Below are positions 51,901 through 64,000 of a stretch of DNA of 64,000 nucleotides, one piece after another. Source of the stretch: Gnetum montanum. Its lineage: Eukaryota; Plantae; Gnetophyta. The notes beneath the pieces were generated by a model, which made no database searches, had not been told where the DNA came from, and saw nothing but the letters and a program-made list of their open reading frames with translations. The translations under genes were made by a program, and so were the position numbers. Location of the stretch: NCBI GenBank assembly GCA_015680685.1, contig MNCI01002869.1:248697-312696 (forward strand). Reading direction: 5' to 3'. Each line of letters begins with the position of its first letter. Positions within the stretch are counted from its first letter, which is position 1.

Positions 51901-54760
51901 TGGAAGTAGCAATTGACATTACTAAGGTTCAGAAAAAAAGATACTTCTAGGCCTTCATTGCCATGAGTATGAATGAGCAAGATATTTTTTTGAACTACAT
52001 ATTATAAGAAGTCAAGTGATTTAAAAAATGAATTAAACATGAGAAAAATTTTTATAAGTATAGGTTCAACCACTAGTTTAACTTTGGTGTGAACAACTAT
52101 TAGATTAATTTGGATGGTAAACATACCAATTTATACAACTGATAAGCTTTAAAGTACATTGCTCTTTCCATTTCTTCTTTGCTCTTTTCTCTTTATTTTT
52201 CTTTTCTTCTCATCATTATTTTTTATCACATATATTTCTTTTCATTTCTTTCGTAAGAAGAGGATTTTTGATGGAACATGAAAATCATGGGAATGCTTGG
52301 AGTACCATATCACCACATGGAGTCCTCAACTTATACCAACATGAGAATTCATCCCCCATCACATGACATGTATAGATTTATGATATTATAAATATCTTAT
52401 GACCAAGGTGTCTAGGTAGGGAACTATGCACATCCTAGTCCAATCACATTGATTAGACTCATTTAGTGGGCATAACAATCCTTGATGATACACTCTTTCC
52501 ATACCAATAGCCAGGACACTACTATCTAGGATTTTGGAGCTCATACCCTAAGGTGTGGATGCACTACCTCTCGATATTTTCAGTAGTATTATCTTTAACA
52601 ACTTACAAGATGAGTCCCTACTCATTGAATATAAGCTTGGTTCACCAACAATGAATAGAAGAAAATTTGATGGATGAATATTGTTGCATGGGCATTTTAT
52701 TAATCAAAGCTACATGGTTGACATATTTGGCATACTTGCATCATCATCACAATTATATCTCATCCATCAACCATTTTTAGATGAGCATTCATAAAGTGTC
52801 TTAACTAGTTTTTCCATACACATAAATAAAAAAACTCTGAAAAAAAAGAGAATCTCATGATTGATTATCTGTTAACTTGAAAAAGCATAAAGTCCTAACT
52901 AAACATACTAATCATTATTAATTAAAAAAATGAAATAGTAGAAACATTAAATTTTAACATGGTATGGAGGATATCTCCTCCATGACTCATCCATGCCTAT
53001 CACCTAGGGGGTCTCTAAGTGGTAAATTAAGCATTAAGCATGCTAAGAGGTGAAATATATTCATTATGGTACACTAGGTATTACCCATCAATTGCTCCAT
53101 CTAGCTCATTTTAAGAGCTTATGGTAATAGTGCAATAATATCGAGAAGGATAATAAGGTATTAGTTTATTCTTTCAACCTCATCCCTTCTAGCGATCTGA
53201 AGGTGAAGGTCTTGGAAAACCAACCTAGAATTTGCAATGCTCAATCAAGATCTTTCCATTATAATAGGAAGATCATCTTCCACCTTATCTTCTAAACTAA
53301 GCATTAGGAAATTAGTGGGATATGACCAATCTACAATAGAAGTGATTACATTGCATACCTATCCTATAGGATATGCACATGATTGGTTTGCTTGGTTCAA
53401 CCAATGTTGGTATGCTTGAGAAGAGGAATCTTTCAATAAATGTATTGCTACAATTAGATGAGGTTAACTCTTGAAATAAAGTCACAAAGAGCTAAACAAT
53501 TATCTTTTTCATCAATTTAAATAACCATCATGGGATTGCTAGGGTCTTGTCACTTTCTGAGCAAACATCATTCTTTAACTACCCATGTTACCATAGTAGA
53601 CATAGAGATGGTAATAACATCTCCATCAAGTGTCATCATGCTATCTTCACTAGACATAGTAATGGAACTCATCCCTAAAGAAGATACTACATTTGAATTA
53701 TCGTTATGAATTTTCATCAAGGCCTCCAATGTATGAGCTTTTATGTAGCCTAAATGATTTTCCTCTCTGCAAGATGAAGAGGAGGATATAAACCTGGCCC
53801 TACGATTCTCATGTATGTGCTTATGGTAAAATTTCCTACCATGGGACCTTGAACTTTCTATTATAGTAAGATTAATAGATGACTAGTAATATTATTTATA
53901 TGCATGGATAGAAGAATGATTATTACCATACATAAAATTATATGATTTGGCCTGCACTAGTTGTAGTTCACTAGGTATCCCATCTTGCATAGGACTAGGG
54001 AGTAGAAGCTACTACTTCTATTGGAAAGCTCAATTTATAGGATTATTAAAAGTAGATAGGCACTATTGAGGTATCATTATTAGGGTCTGATAATTACCTA
54101 CTTGAGCATCATAAAAATAAGGATTATATATAGGTGCCATCTATTGTTCCACCAGAGTAGGAAGATTCCATCGATTAGCATCCTAAGGATTTAAAGTTTT
54201 TCATCATTGATACTATTGCATGGATTGTGGATAAGCACCACTAGGATAGTATGAATGACCAGAGTATGAGATCCTTCTTATTTACCTTTTTATAGATCTA
54301 TGATTCAAAGATACCCCAAATTGCCCCATCTCATCAATCATGTAAGCCATGACTAGGTAATACTAAGAATCATGAGAGTCTACATAGTATTCACAAGAAA
54401 CCTCATCATTGGAGGAAGATGAGGAAGCCTCATTTGTATTTTCTTAAATTCTTTTAAAATAAGAAAAACATTTTTTACCGTTTCCATCATACCTCTTTCG
54501 AAATTCTTGTGGTGAAACTTCTTTTGTTGTAGCCTCGACAACATTACCCTCGACATCCTTAAGAGTCATGGTCATCTTTTCATCTACTGCATCCCAAACT
54601 TGGTCCACATGATAGGCCAAGTCCATCAAGCCTTTTTTTGTTCTAGAGTGGTATTGTTATAGAGACTTGACTATAGTAGGAGGTTCAATAGTACCTTGAA
54701 CATTTTTGGCCTTAGAGAATGTTCACTCCATAAATAAATTAGCTTCACTTACTAAATTCA
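46000..54760 (-). mobile_element. Old, heavily decayed Athila-like element(s)
   Basis: PPT/LTR junction GAGTCATGGGGATA-TGATGAG at 47404-47424; GPY/F-like remnant ~51470-51650; ORF 54444-54629 (HVDQVWDAVD) resembles the Athila gag segment KVDQMWDSLD near 30300. Boundaries are approximate. Confidence 0.55.
49300..49950 (-). pseudogene. Possible Athila env-like/ORF2 (plant transposon protein) remnant
   Basis: EVEIFYQN (cf. LV.EFYAN) and KILCKIIPHNFMP (cf. II..NL.P), located between INT remnant and 3' LTR. Confidence 0.4.
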
Positions 54761-54829
54761 AATATCATGTCAAGATAAAATTAATTTCTAGAAAATAAGA
54801 AAACTAACTATCTTTAATTAAATTATTAG

Positions 54830-57810
54830 AAGATTACATCAGGGTTCACATAACCCACAAGCACCTAAAATCCCATCACACTCAAATGATATTGCAGAGC
54901 ATGAAGCTGTACAACCACATAATGATAGTTCTTAATGTAAGACACAACTAATAGAAATCTCTCCCACAACTTGAGACTCAAATCTCAACTCACAAGCAAG
55001 ATACAAGAGAATAGAACACATTGATTAACAGGCCACAAGCTAATCTTGGAGCTAAAATCACCAATTGCCCTCACCCAATGTGCTCACCCACTCTCTCTTA
55101 AACAACTCTCATTGCATACCAAGTCTCCTCCCTCTCTCATGGATAAATGCATACATAATTATAGAAATCCAAAATCCTAGAAAGCTTTCTATTTTCCAAC
55201 CTAGATGTTTCTTACATGGATCTAGAGTCTTTTGGATGTTTTCTAAATGAAACACCACATTAAAGATTTTTTTTCTTCACCAACATAGATGTCTCTTGTT
55301 TCATGTAGATGTCTCCTATGAAAGCACTGCTCTTAAGAGAGATGTCTACTATTTTTGGTAGACATATCCTTTGGACTTGGGACATCTCCACTTTAGGGGA
55401 GATGTCTATCTTGTAGGTCCCAAAAATAAAAGTGCTCATTTTGATGTGAAGAGCCTCCAAATGCCTTCCAAAAAGTCCCCATAGATCTTGGAACCTCTTA
55501 AACTCATAAGCCAAAAATGCCTCCAAATATGCCAAAACATCCAAGAATCCTCATCATAAAAATTCAAACATAAGAACATACACAAAAACTAAAAACATGC
55601 ATCAAATTCTACTCCAAGAAAAAAACCTATAAAAACAACTTGTAGGAAAAGCATAAGGGAATTGAAAGAGGTGTTCCTATACCAACTCTCCCATCCTTCA
55701 AAAAGTGAACTCATGTGAACAAGGGAGTAGGTGTAGAAGTGATCCCCCACTCAACAAGTTTGGTCTCATGGATTCATACAACATCATCAGTAGATTGATC
55801 CTTCTAATGGATCAAATATTAATTCCTCTTGACTCCCCAGGTGGTAGTAGCTTTCCTCTACTTGAGTACAATTACCTTATTCTCCATTGAAGGCTTGGAC
55901 TGATCAATAACCTCTTTCAACTCATTGATGCTTCCTTTTATGATCTCCTTATTAGATGTTCCATGATAATGCACAAGATTTTAAACATTAAACACAAAAT
56001 ACATACTAACATCATTCTGGTAAATCAATCTCAAAAGCATTGTTAATAATCTTAGCCTTGATTTTGAAAGGCCCCATCTTCTTAGCTTTCAATTTGGAGA
56101 AGTTAATACTTTTCAAATACTTCTTCTTCAAGTGCATCAAAACCAAGTCACCAATATCAAAATTAGGCTTTCACCTACCCTCATTTCTCTTAAGGAGACT
56201 CTTTTCAACATTCTTCTTAAGATTTGATTTTACTTATGCATGGAGATCCCTCATCTCTTACATAAAATCAACACCAAGTTGAGCTTTACCATCAAAGCTC
56301 TTCAAAGTGTTTACCATATTTGGGAAAAATCCATAATTCACCTCAAATGGGCTTTTTCAAATTGCAACATGAAAAGCATTATTATACAAAACTTCAACAT
56401 GACACAACAAGTTTTTCCACCTATTTTATTGTCCATCACACAAACATATTAATATGTTTAGTAAGTATTTATTCACCACCTTTGTTTGGCCATCATATTG
56501 TGGATGATATGCACTAGAAAAATTCAACTTTGTCCCTAAAATCTTCCAAACGGACCTCCAAAAATTACTTGTAAACTTGGAGTCTCTATCACTACCAATA
56601 TTCAATGGAATGCCATGCAACTTTACAACATGCTATAAAAATAAATTTGCAACATGAGAGGCATCACTCACCTTCTTGCATGGAAAAAAATGTGTCATCT
56701 TGGAGAACCTATTCACAATAATAAAAATTGCATTTTTCCCACTCTTGGTCTTTGGAATACTACTCAAAACATCCATTGACAAACTTTCCCATGGACCTTT
56801 AGGAATTGGCAAAGGCATATAATTTCCATTAGCACCTTTACCATCTTTGAACTTCTAATATGTCAAGCACTCATTTTCAAATTTTAAAACTTTTGTTACC
56901 ATACCAAGCTAAAAGTAGTTCCTACCCATAAATTCCAATGTTTTATCCCTACCCATGTGACATGCCATGCCACTACAATGTTTTTCAAACAAAATATTTT
57001 TCCTAAAATGATAATTAGAAGTACATACCTTTCCATTCTTAAATAATAGTTCATCTTCAATATGATAGTACCTCCATTGGTTCATTATATTCATCACTGG
57101 ATCTTTGAGGCTCCTCCAAACTTGCCCAAAATAAACATCATGCTCATATAAAGAAGCAAAATCATCCATACCTTTCACATGAGGTACACTAAAATTTACC
57201 ACATGCACCCTAGATAACACATAAGATACCACATTGGATTTTCCACTTTTGTGCTTCAACATAAAATTGAACTCTTGTAACTATGAAACCCACTTCATGT
57301 GCTTTGCACTCAACTTCTTTTGTGAGTTTAGAAATTGAAGTTCTTTGTGGTCCATCATCAAAATGAATTCTTTAGGCAATAATTAATGCCTCTAATGCTT
57401 GATTTATTCAATAAGAATGTACAAATCCTTCTCATATATGCTATATTTTTTCCTTGAATCATTGAACTTTTTAGAAAAGAAAGCAACAAGCCTACCTTCT
57501 TGTGAAAGTACCCCACTGATGGAAAGTCCACTTGCATCCACCTCCACCTAAAAAAGCTTTTGAAAATCTAAAATTACAAGCATAGGTTCACTAGTAATAT
57601 TTCCTTTCAAAAAGTCCAAGCTCCCTTTGGTTTCATTATCCCATCTAAATTCCTTATTTTTCTTCAATAAAGAAAACATGGATCATGAAATACGACTAAA
57701 ATTTCCAATGAGCTATCTATAAAAACCTACTAAACCAAGGAATGATCTTACCTTCCCAACATTCTTATGAGTTGACCAATCCCTTATAGATTTCACCTTG
57801 GTATCTTTTG
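54830..57810 (-). mobile_element. Chromovirus (CRM-like) Ty3/gypsy remnant: RH-INT-chromodomain, PPT and 3' LTR (~54830-55684)
   Basis: VRSFLGL, EVDASG, PWESLSMD, HGIP..SDRDSKFTSNFWR, SSAYHPQYDGQT; chromodomain YLIH*KDQSTDDVV*I at ~55770-55820; PPT GAAGGATGGGAGAG before the LTR. Confidence 0.88.
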
Positions 57811-57849
57811 TAATGATTGAAAATGTTGATAGCTGGAACACCAATTGGT

Positions 57850-60800
57850 TGATGGATGCACAGCCTAACCCCATGTCTGCATGAGGGCCTATTGGAGGTG
57901 GAGATAGGGTGCCCAGAATGGTCTTGTCGATCAAATGGGGACTTACCAAATGTGATGTCAAATGGTGCTAAGTGTTAAAGTAGTGTTTCATAGTGCTAAG
58001 TGTAGAGTGTAGTCATGGGTGCCCAAGGGGAGGGGAGTATAGTCAAGGGTTTTAGCAAAAATAAGGGTTTCAACAGGCGAAGACTACTACCCAAGTGATG
58101 AGAGTTTCACACATAATCTAGTCAAATTTCAAGGACTAATTGCCTATGTTCCTTCATGGAAAAATAAAGAGTTGATTAATTGTTGTCTTCCCAAACTTAC
58201 TTGTATGTCATGGTTGTATGGTTTAGGGTTTAGTATCCATTTCCACTTTCCGTACACATCCTGAACTGGTGCAACGCTGCTGGGATTACCAAAAGCTAAT
58301 CGTTACTGGGTTACCAAGCACTACATGCATGCTCAAAGCGGTCATATTGAGTGTATTTAACTAAGAGAGTTGTAAGGTGAGAGAAATCATTAATTAACTA
58401 GAAAAGAATTAAATAATAATTAACACTAATTAATCTATTATGTATGCTACAAGGTTTATCCTAAAGTTCATCTTTATTTCCATACATAAAGTGTTCTCAG
58501 GTATACAATGCTCAAATAAAGATTCGTCCACTCTATGACTCCTACTGCGGGCACACAGAAATAATTCTAACTCTAGAGGGAAACAATGGCAAGAGTTTGG
58601 CTAAGGGACTAACTTCTAAGTATTGAAACATGGATAATTTATAGGCAAGGAGATAGGCTGCGATACTGAGTATTTAACATCACATGGCTAATTTGATATC
58701 ATGGTTCATCATACCCCCCATGACTAAATGAAAACTCATCCTTGATTTCCTTACAAAATATTAAGAAGTTATGGGATTATTGACTATCGAACTGGGTGAT
58801 AGACTTAACGTGCTTGGTGAATGGATCAACAATACAATACATGATAGTACTAGTGTTCATGACCACAAAAGTGAAGCTGGGAGAGAAGGAGAGAGAGAAA
58901 AGAATAAGACATGTTGCTGCTACGCCAAGATTGCACCCTCCATTGTTTATCCATAGCCATGCCACCAATCTTGCTCCTTTCGTAAATCCTTTGAGTAGCA
59001 AATGAACTAGATGTAGCCTAGCCTCCTTTCGTAAATGTTCCCATGCCACCAAAAAGGCTCATGCCCTTGATGCCTTAACAGACCTACAAACTGAAGAGTC
59101 TATAGGCTCTAGGAATGTTATTTTGAAGCAAGAGTTAAAATCTTACCTACAAGAAATTATCAAGGAAAAATGATACATCAACCAAGATATGGACTAATGA
59201 TAAAAATGGCAATGAGGTGAAAAATGGAAAAGAAAGGTGGAGAGGAGAGAATGGAATGGAGACCCAGGAACAAGTTTGTGTAAAGTCCCTTGTGTGTTTT
59301 ATGGTTAATGTGACTGAGTAAAACTCATTCCAAATCTAGGCTCAACAAATCACATTCAATAACCTCGCATCAACACATTTGACTAACCCATCCTATTGAA
59401 GCAACAAGAATGCCTCTACAAAAAGTCACCACCATTTCAAGGAGAGCAAGATGGAAAACAAAGAAGTGAGAAAGGGCCTGAGTTAGAGGGAACCTTTAGG
59501 CATGGGTAACATATCTTTCCAGTTCCATAACTAGTGCTTGTAGCCAAAGTTCATTATTTTGTTTAAGGGGTGTGCTTTGAAGTCTCACCATTTTTTTATG
59601 CTTTTCACATGAGAACCACACCATGCAAAGACATATTTATATGTACTCAACTTCTAGTGATTTGATGAATGGTCAAAATGGTGAAAACCCCAAGTTAAAA
59701 GCATCCAAGGACTCAAGAGAATAGCCAATACAAATGCATCGAATCCCCTTGAAGTCACACCCTTTTCATCCCTTGAGTCCTTCCTTAGTTTGACAAATAC
59801 TTAGCCACCACTTCATTAAAATTTTTATTAGAGAAAAGGGATTGTATAGTTCCAATTCAAGGGAGACCATAGGATTTTATGGATGTATGAACGATGTGGA
59901 CTCATTGCCTATTAATCAAAAGAACCATACCCTAATATTGACATCATACTTCAAAGGTAAAATTCAAACATTAATAATCGATATAATATTATTCATACGA
60001 CCATCATGAACACTTATTGGGTGATGAACAAAATAAAATCACACGAAGAAATGGTAAAAATATGAACGATGATGTAAAACAGAAAATAAGAAAAATTAAA
60101 GAAATGTGCAAAAAAAAATGTGTAAAATAATAATATGTAAAAACAAAAATGTGTAAAATAAAAATGTGTAAAACAAAAACGTAGAAAGAACTGAGGGTCT
60201 TCAATGATTAGCAAGGATGGCCATCTCCCCCATGACTAAATTGGAAGGAGGAGATTCAAAATAATGAGCAAGGTTGCCTACCTATAGAGGTAGCATATGT
60301 TCTAGTTGTCCTAATCTCATGGAAAGGTTTTGTTTGTTGCACGTTGAATAACAGTCTCTTATCTAGGCTCTCAAGTTTATATATGGTCATGTCTCCTAAA
60401 GGAAAAGTTGCATAGATAATGTAAGGTCCTTCCCACATTGTTTGAAATTTGGTACGTTGTGACACATGTGTGGGGTTCTAATAGAGAACCTTATCTCATG
60501 GTTGATACTTAAATTTCCTAATTTTTAGGTTATGACATTGTTTATTAAATGCCTTGTTCAACTCATTAGATGATAGGGAAGCTAATCAGTTCTCGTCTAG
60601 CAAGTTAAGAGTCATCAATCTTTTGTTTTATGATAGATCAAGGTTAAGGTTGAGGTCACATGTGATGGCTAGTATACGGAGCTCAGTTTGAGTAGGGAGC
60701 GTTGGAAGTTTTTCATACACTAACTCGTAGGGAGAGTAGCCTATAGGGAGTTTCCATGTGGAGCAGTGTGCCCAAAGAGCATCATTTAGTTTAGTGCTCC

Positions 60801-63800
60801 AGTCTTGCCTATACTTGCTAATCATTCTGGTCAGTATCTTAGTAATCTCCCTGTTGGTGACCTCAACTTGACCATTTTCTTGGGGGTGGTATGGTCTAGT
60901 CAATTTGTGCTCAACCCTTAAGCATTGCATTAACTTCCAAAAAGTTGGAACTGTAAAGTGTGTACCATTATTTGAGATAAGTGCACGTGGCACACCAAAC
61001 TTGTTGACAACTTATTATTGGACAAATTGTGCAGTTGTAGATGAGGTGCAATATTTAACAGTAGTTGCCTCAGTCCATTTTGTTAAGTAGTCTATGGAAA
61101 CTATGATGTAAGCTTTTCCATTGGACATTGGTGTAATGGGCCCCATAAAATCGATTCCCCAAATGTCGAAGGATTCTAACAGTTCAATCCATTGTTGCAG
61201 ACCCTCCATTCTAGCAGTCATTCCCCTAGCACGTTGATAGTGCTCATAAGATTAGATGAATTGGTGAGTGTCCTGGAACAAGGTAGGACAATAATACCCT
61301 ACAATGAGGATCTTAATGGTTGTTCATCTCCCAACATAATGACCCCCACAAGGGCCCTCATGAGCATCTTAGAGAACTCTTAGTTGATCTCTATTGGGAA
61401 CATACCACGGAACCAAGCCATTGGGACATACTTTGTAAAGTTGTCCATTGATCTCCATAAATTACTTGGATCTATGAAGAAACTATTGTTTCTGCTTAAG
61501 TTCTAGCTCTTGTGGTGTTTGTTGGGTAAGGAGATAGGTAAGAATGTTACTATACCAATTTGTCTCTATGGATGATTGGTTAGTCACTACATCGGCAAAG
61601 AGAAACTCATGAGGGAAGTGATCAGAAATGGGATACTCATCCTCTTTTCTATCCTAGTGTAACTAAGATAAATGATTAGAAACTATGTTCTCCATGCCTT
61701 TATGATTGATCATTATTAGATTGAACTCTTGTAGGATTACCAGCCATTGTATAATATGGGGGCTTATCATTCGCTTATTCATGAGGAACCGGATGACACT
61801 ATGATCTATGTGTATGAATACTTTGTACCCCAATACATAGTGCTTAAATTTTTCTAGTGCAAACACTACAACCATTAATTATTTTTTTGTAGTAGTGTAG
61901 TTAAATTGTGCACCAGCTATACTTCTACTTGCACAGTGGATGTAATACAGAAATTTATGGTCATCTAACTACATAAGTACAGCTCCTAAGGCATAGTTGG
62001 ATGCATCAGTCATGACATGGAATGGTCTGGACTAGTCAAGAGCTTGTACAATGGGTTTTTCTACTAGCTTCTACTTCAGAGTTTGGAAAGCTAGTTCACA
62101 TTCTCTGGTCCACTCAAAGGGTATGTCCTTTTTCGTCAACTCTACCAATGGTTTGAAAATCTTCAAAAAGTTCTCTATGAATCTCCTATAGTAGCTAGTG
62201 TGTCCAAGGAATGACCAAATGTCCTTGATAGTTTCAAGTTGATGGGTGATTCCTTAGATGAATTTGATTTTCTTAGGGTCTACCTCTATCCTTGCATGTG
62301 AAATTCCATGCCCAAGTACCATGCCTTCTTGGACCATCAAGTAGCTTTTTTGCCAATTGAGCCTTAGATTAGTTTCTACACATCTTTTCAGCACTTACTC
62401 CAATCGGTCCAAGGCTTGATCAAAACTTGTTCCATAGGTGGAGAAGTCATCCATAAATACTTTCACACCATTTCCTATTTGCTACTGGAATATGCTTAGA
62501 ACTAGGCATTGAAACCTGGCAGAGGCATTGTACAAGCCGAATAGCATTTTTTTGTATGCAAACGTTCCCCAAGAACTGGTGAACATAGTTTTGGCTTGGT
62601 CTTCTAGGGCTATTTGTATTTGGTTGTATCCACTATAGCCATCTAGAAAACTATAATAGCGATGACCTACGATTGTGTCCATGACTTGGTCAACAAATGG
62701 AAATGGAAAGTGATCCTTGAATGTTGCCATGTTTAGCAGCCTAAAATCTATACACACCCTCCATTTTCCTTCATTTTTAGGAACGATTACCAAAGGGCTA
62801 ACCCATTTGCTATCAGCAATGGGGTATATGAACCTAGCCTTTAGAAGTTGTTTGATTTCTTCTTTTGCTACTTGCTTCAACTTTGGGTTTAATCACCTCT
62901 GTGGTTGTTTTCAAGACTTCATAGTAGAGTTAGTGTAAATCCTATGTTGGCATATCCTAGGATCTATTCCCATTAATTTTGGATATGACCAGGTGAAGGC
63001 TTTTGACCATTTGTTTATTACCTTAAGCAAATTTTCTTTTTGTTGTGAAGCAAGTCTTGCATTGATGATTACTAGTTTTCCATCCTTAAGGAACATGTAT
63101 TCCATACTAATGGGCAATGATTTTAGCTCTAGGGGCTCTTGTTTAAATTTTTTACGAATTTCCAACTTTTCCTAGTTGATGTTTTCTAAGTTAGGACTGG
63201 GAAGTTGGTGGTGGAATTTCTCTAATGCATTAATGCTATCTACGTAAGCATAAGTTAAACCCTTAGTTAGTTCCATGCATAGAAGTGAGCTACTTTCTTG
63301 ATTAGCTATTAGCCAATGGGTGTTTTCTTGTCATGTGGCTATTTCATACAAGCACCTTTCTATGTTGATCATTTGTGCACACTAATTACATGCAGGCAAT
63401 GTTAAACTTTGCACAACCCATGATCTCTGCATGCAGTTGCACCCTGTGTCACTATATGTGATGCATGGAACCTTCTTCTTCTTGATCTTTCCAAAAGTAT
63501 TTTCCTTAAATATTTCTAGCGAAAGATCATGGATACCTAGGTGCACATAGATAGTACTTAGCCATGCCCTTCCCATTATGATTGGGAAGTCCCCCTTAAT
63601 ATTGTTCACTTGGATCACTAGGAAGTCAGCTAGATATGACCATTCAAAAATAGTGGTAACAATGTCCTCCACTAATCCCAAGGCAAAAGTGATGGATTGG
63701 TTAGCAAACTCTAAAGGGCCGTTGCTATTTTTTAATGGAGGTAGGTTCCAAGCCTTATACATTTCTTGGGATATTAGGTTGACACCGGAACCTGAATCCA

Positions 63801-64000
63801 AAATAGCTTTGCATGGCTCATTCCCAGTGATTTGTAGATATATTAGGGGACTCCTAAGATCAAATAATTTCCTAGAAAGGTGGCTAGCCTTGATTCAATT
63901 CGTAACGACATGTGTTAACATGACCGTATGCGTTGAATGTGGTGTTAAGTTCAAAGGGGGCTCTGAAGCTTTTGTTGATATAGAGGCATCCAAAGGCTTA
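57850..64000 (-). mobile_element. Athila-type element with full PR-RT-RH-INT remnant, 3' UTR, PPT and 3' LTR (~57850-58711); runs off the window end
   Basis: Same PPT/LTR junction and 3' UTR as 27571-34416; pol motifs listed in the next feature. The left LTR end is uncertain. Confidence 0.9.
60290..63900 (-). pseudogene. Athila-type pol remnant (PR, RT, RH, INT)
   Basis: DSGSGVNLI (PR); WRVCIDFR, FLDGYSGYNQI, VFMDDF (RT); TDASNYALGAVL (RH); FDIWGIDFMGP, YHPQENGQVE, WEGPY (INT); multiple stops. Confidence 0.95.

Overview
This window is a heavily methylated, AT-rich, repeat-dense intergenic block from a land-plant nuclear genome. A large-genome vascular plant is my inference from TE lineages and strong CG/CHG depletion. 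It is almost entirely a nest of decayed retrotransposons: three Tat/Ogre-type Ty3/gypsy elements plus a solo LTR, several Athila-type elements (one pol-complete copy, one gag-PR-only deletion derivative, older remnants), a Tat-like pol without the extra RNase H, a chromodomain-bearing chromovirus, a SIRE/copia-like solo LTR and two L1 LINE remnants. I found no intact host protein-coding gene, tRNA, rRNA or CRISPR array. The only clearly non-TE-looking segment is a ~1.2 kb CpG-retaining island at ~39.9-41.1 kb, with an IR8 auxin-response element, a USE-like motif and a possible minus-strand intron. The other most interesting signals are a decayed ~190-bp-period hairpin array inside a Tat element, family-specific CG-palindrome arrays in most LTR families, an antisense intron-containing coiled-coil ORF inside a gag-PR-only Tat element, and a segment shared between a copia-like and a gypsy LTR. 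All calls were made by eye without database searches, so lineage names and some boundaries are approximate.
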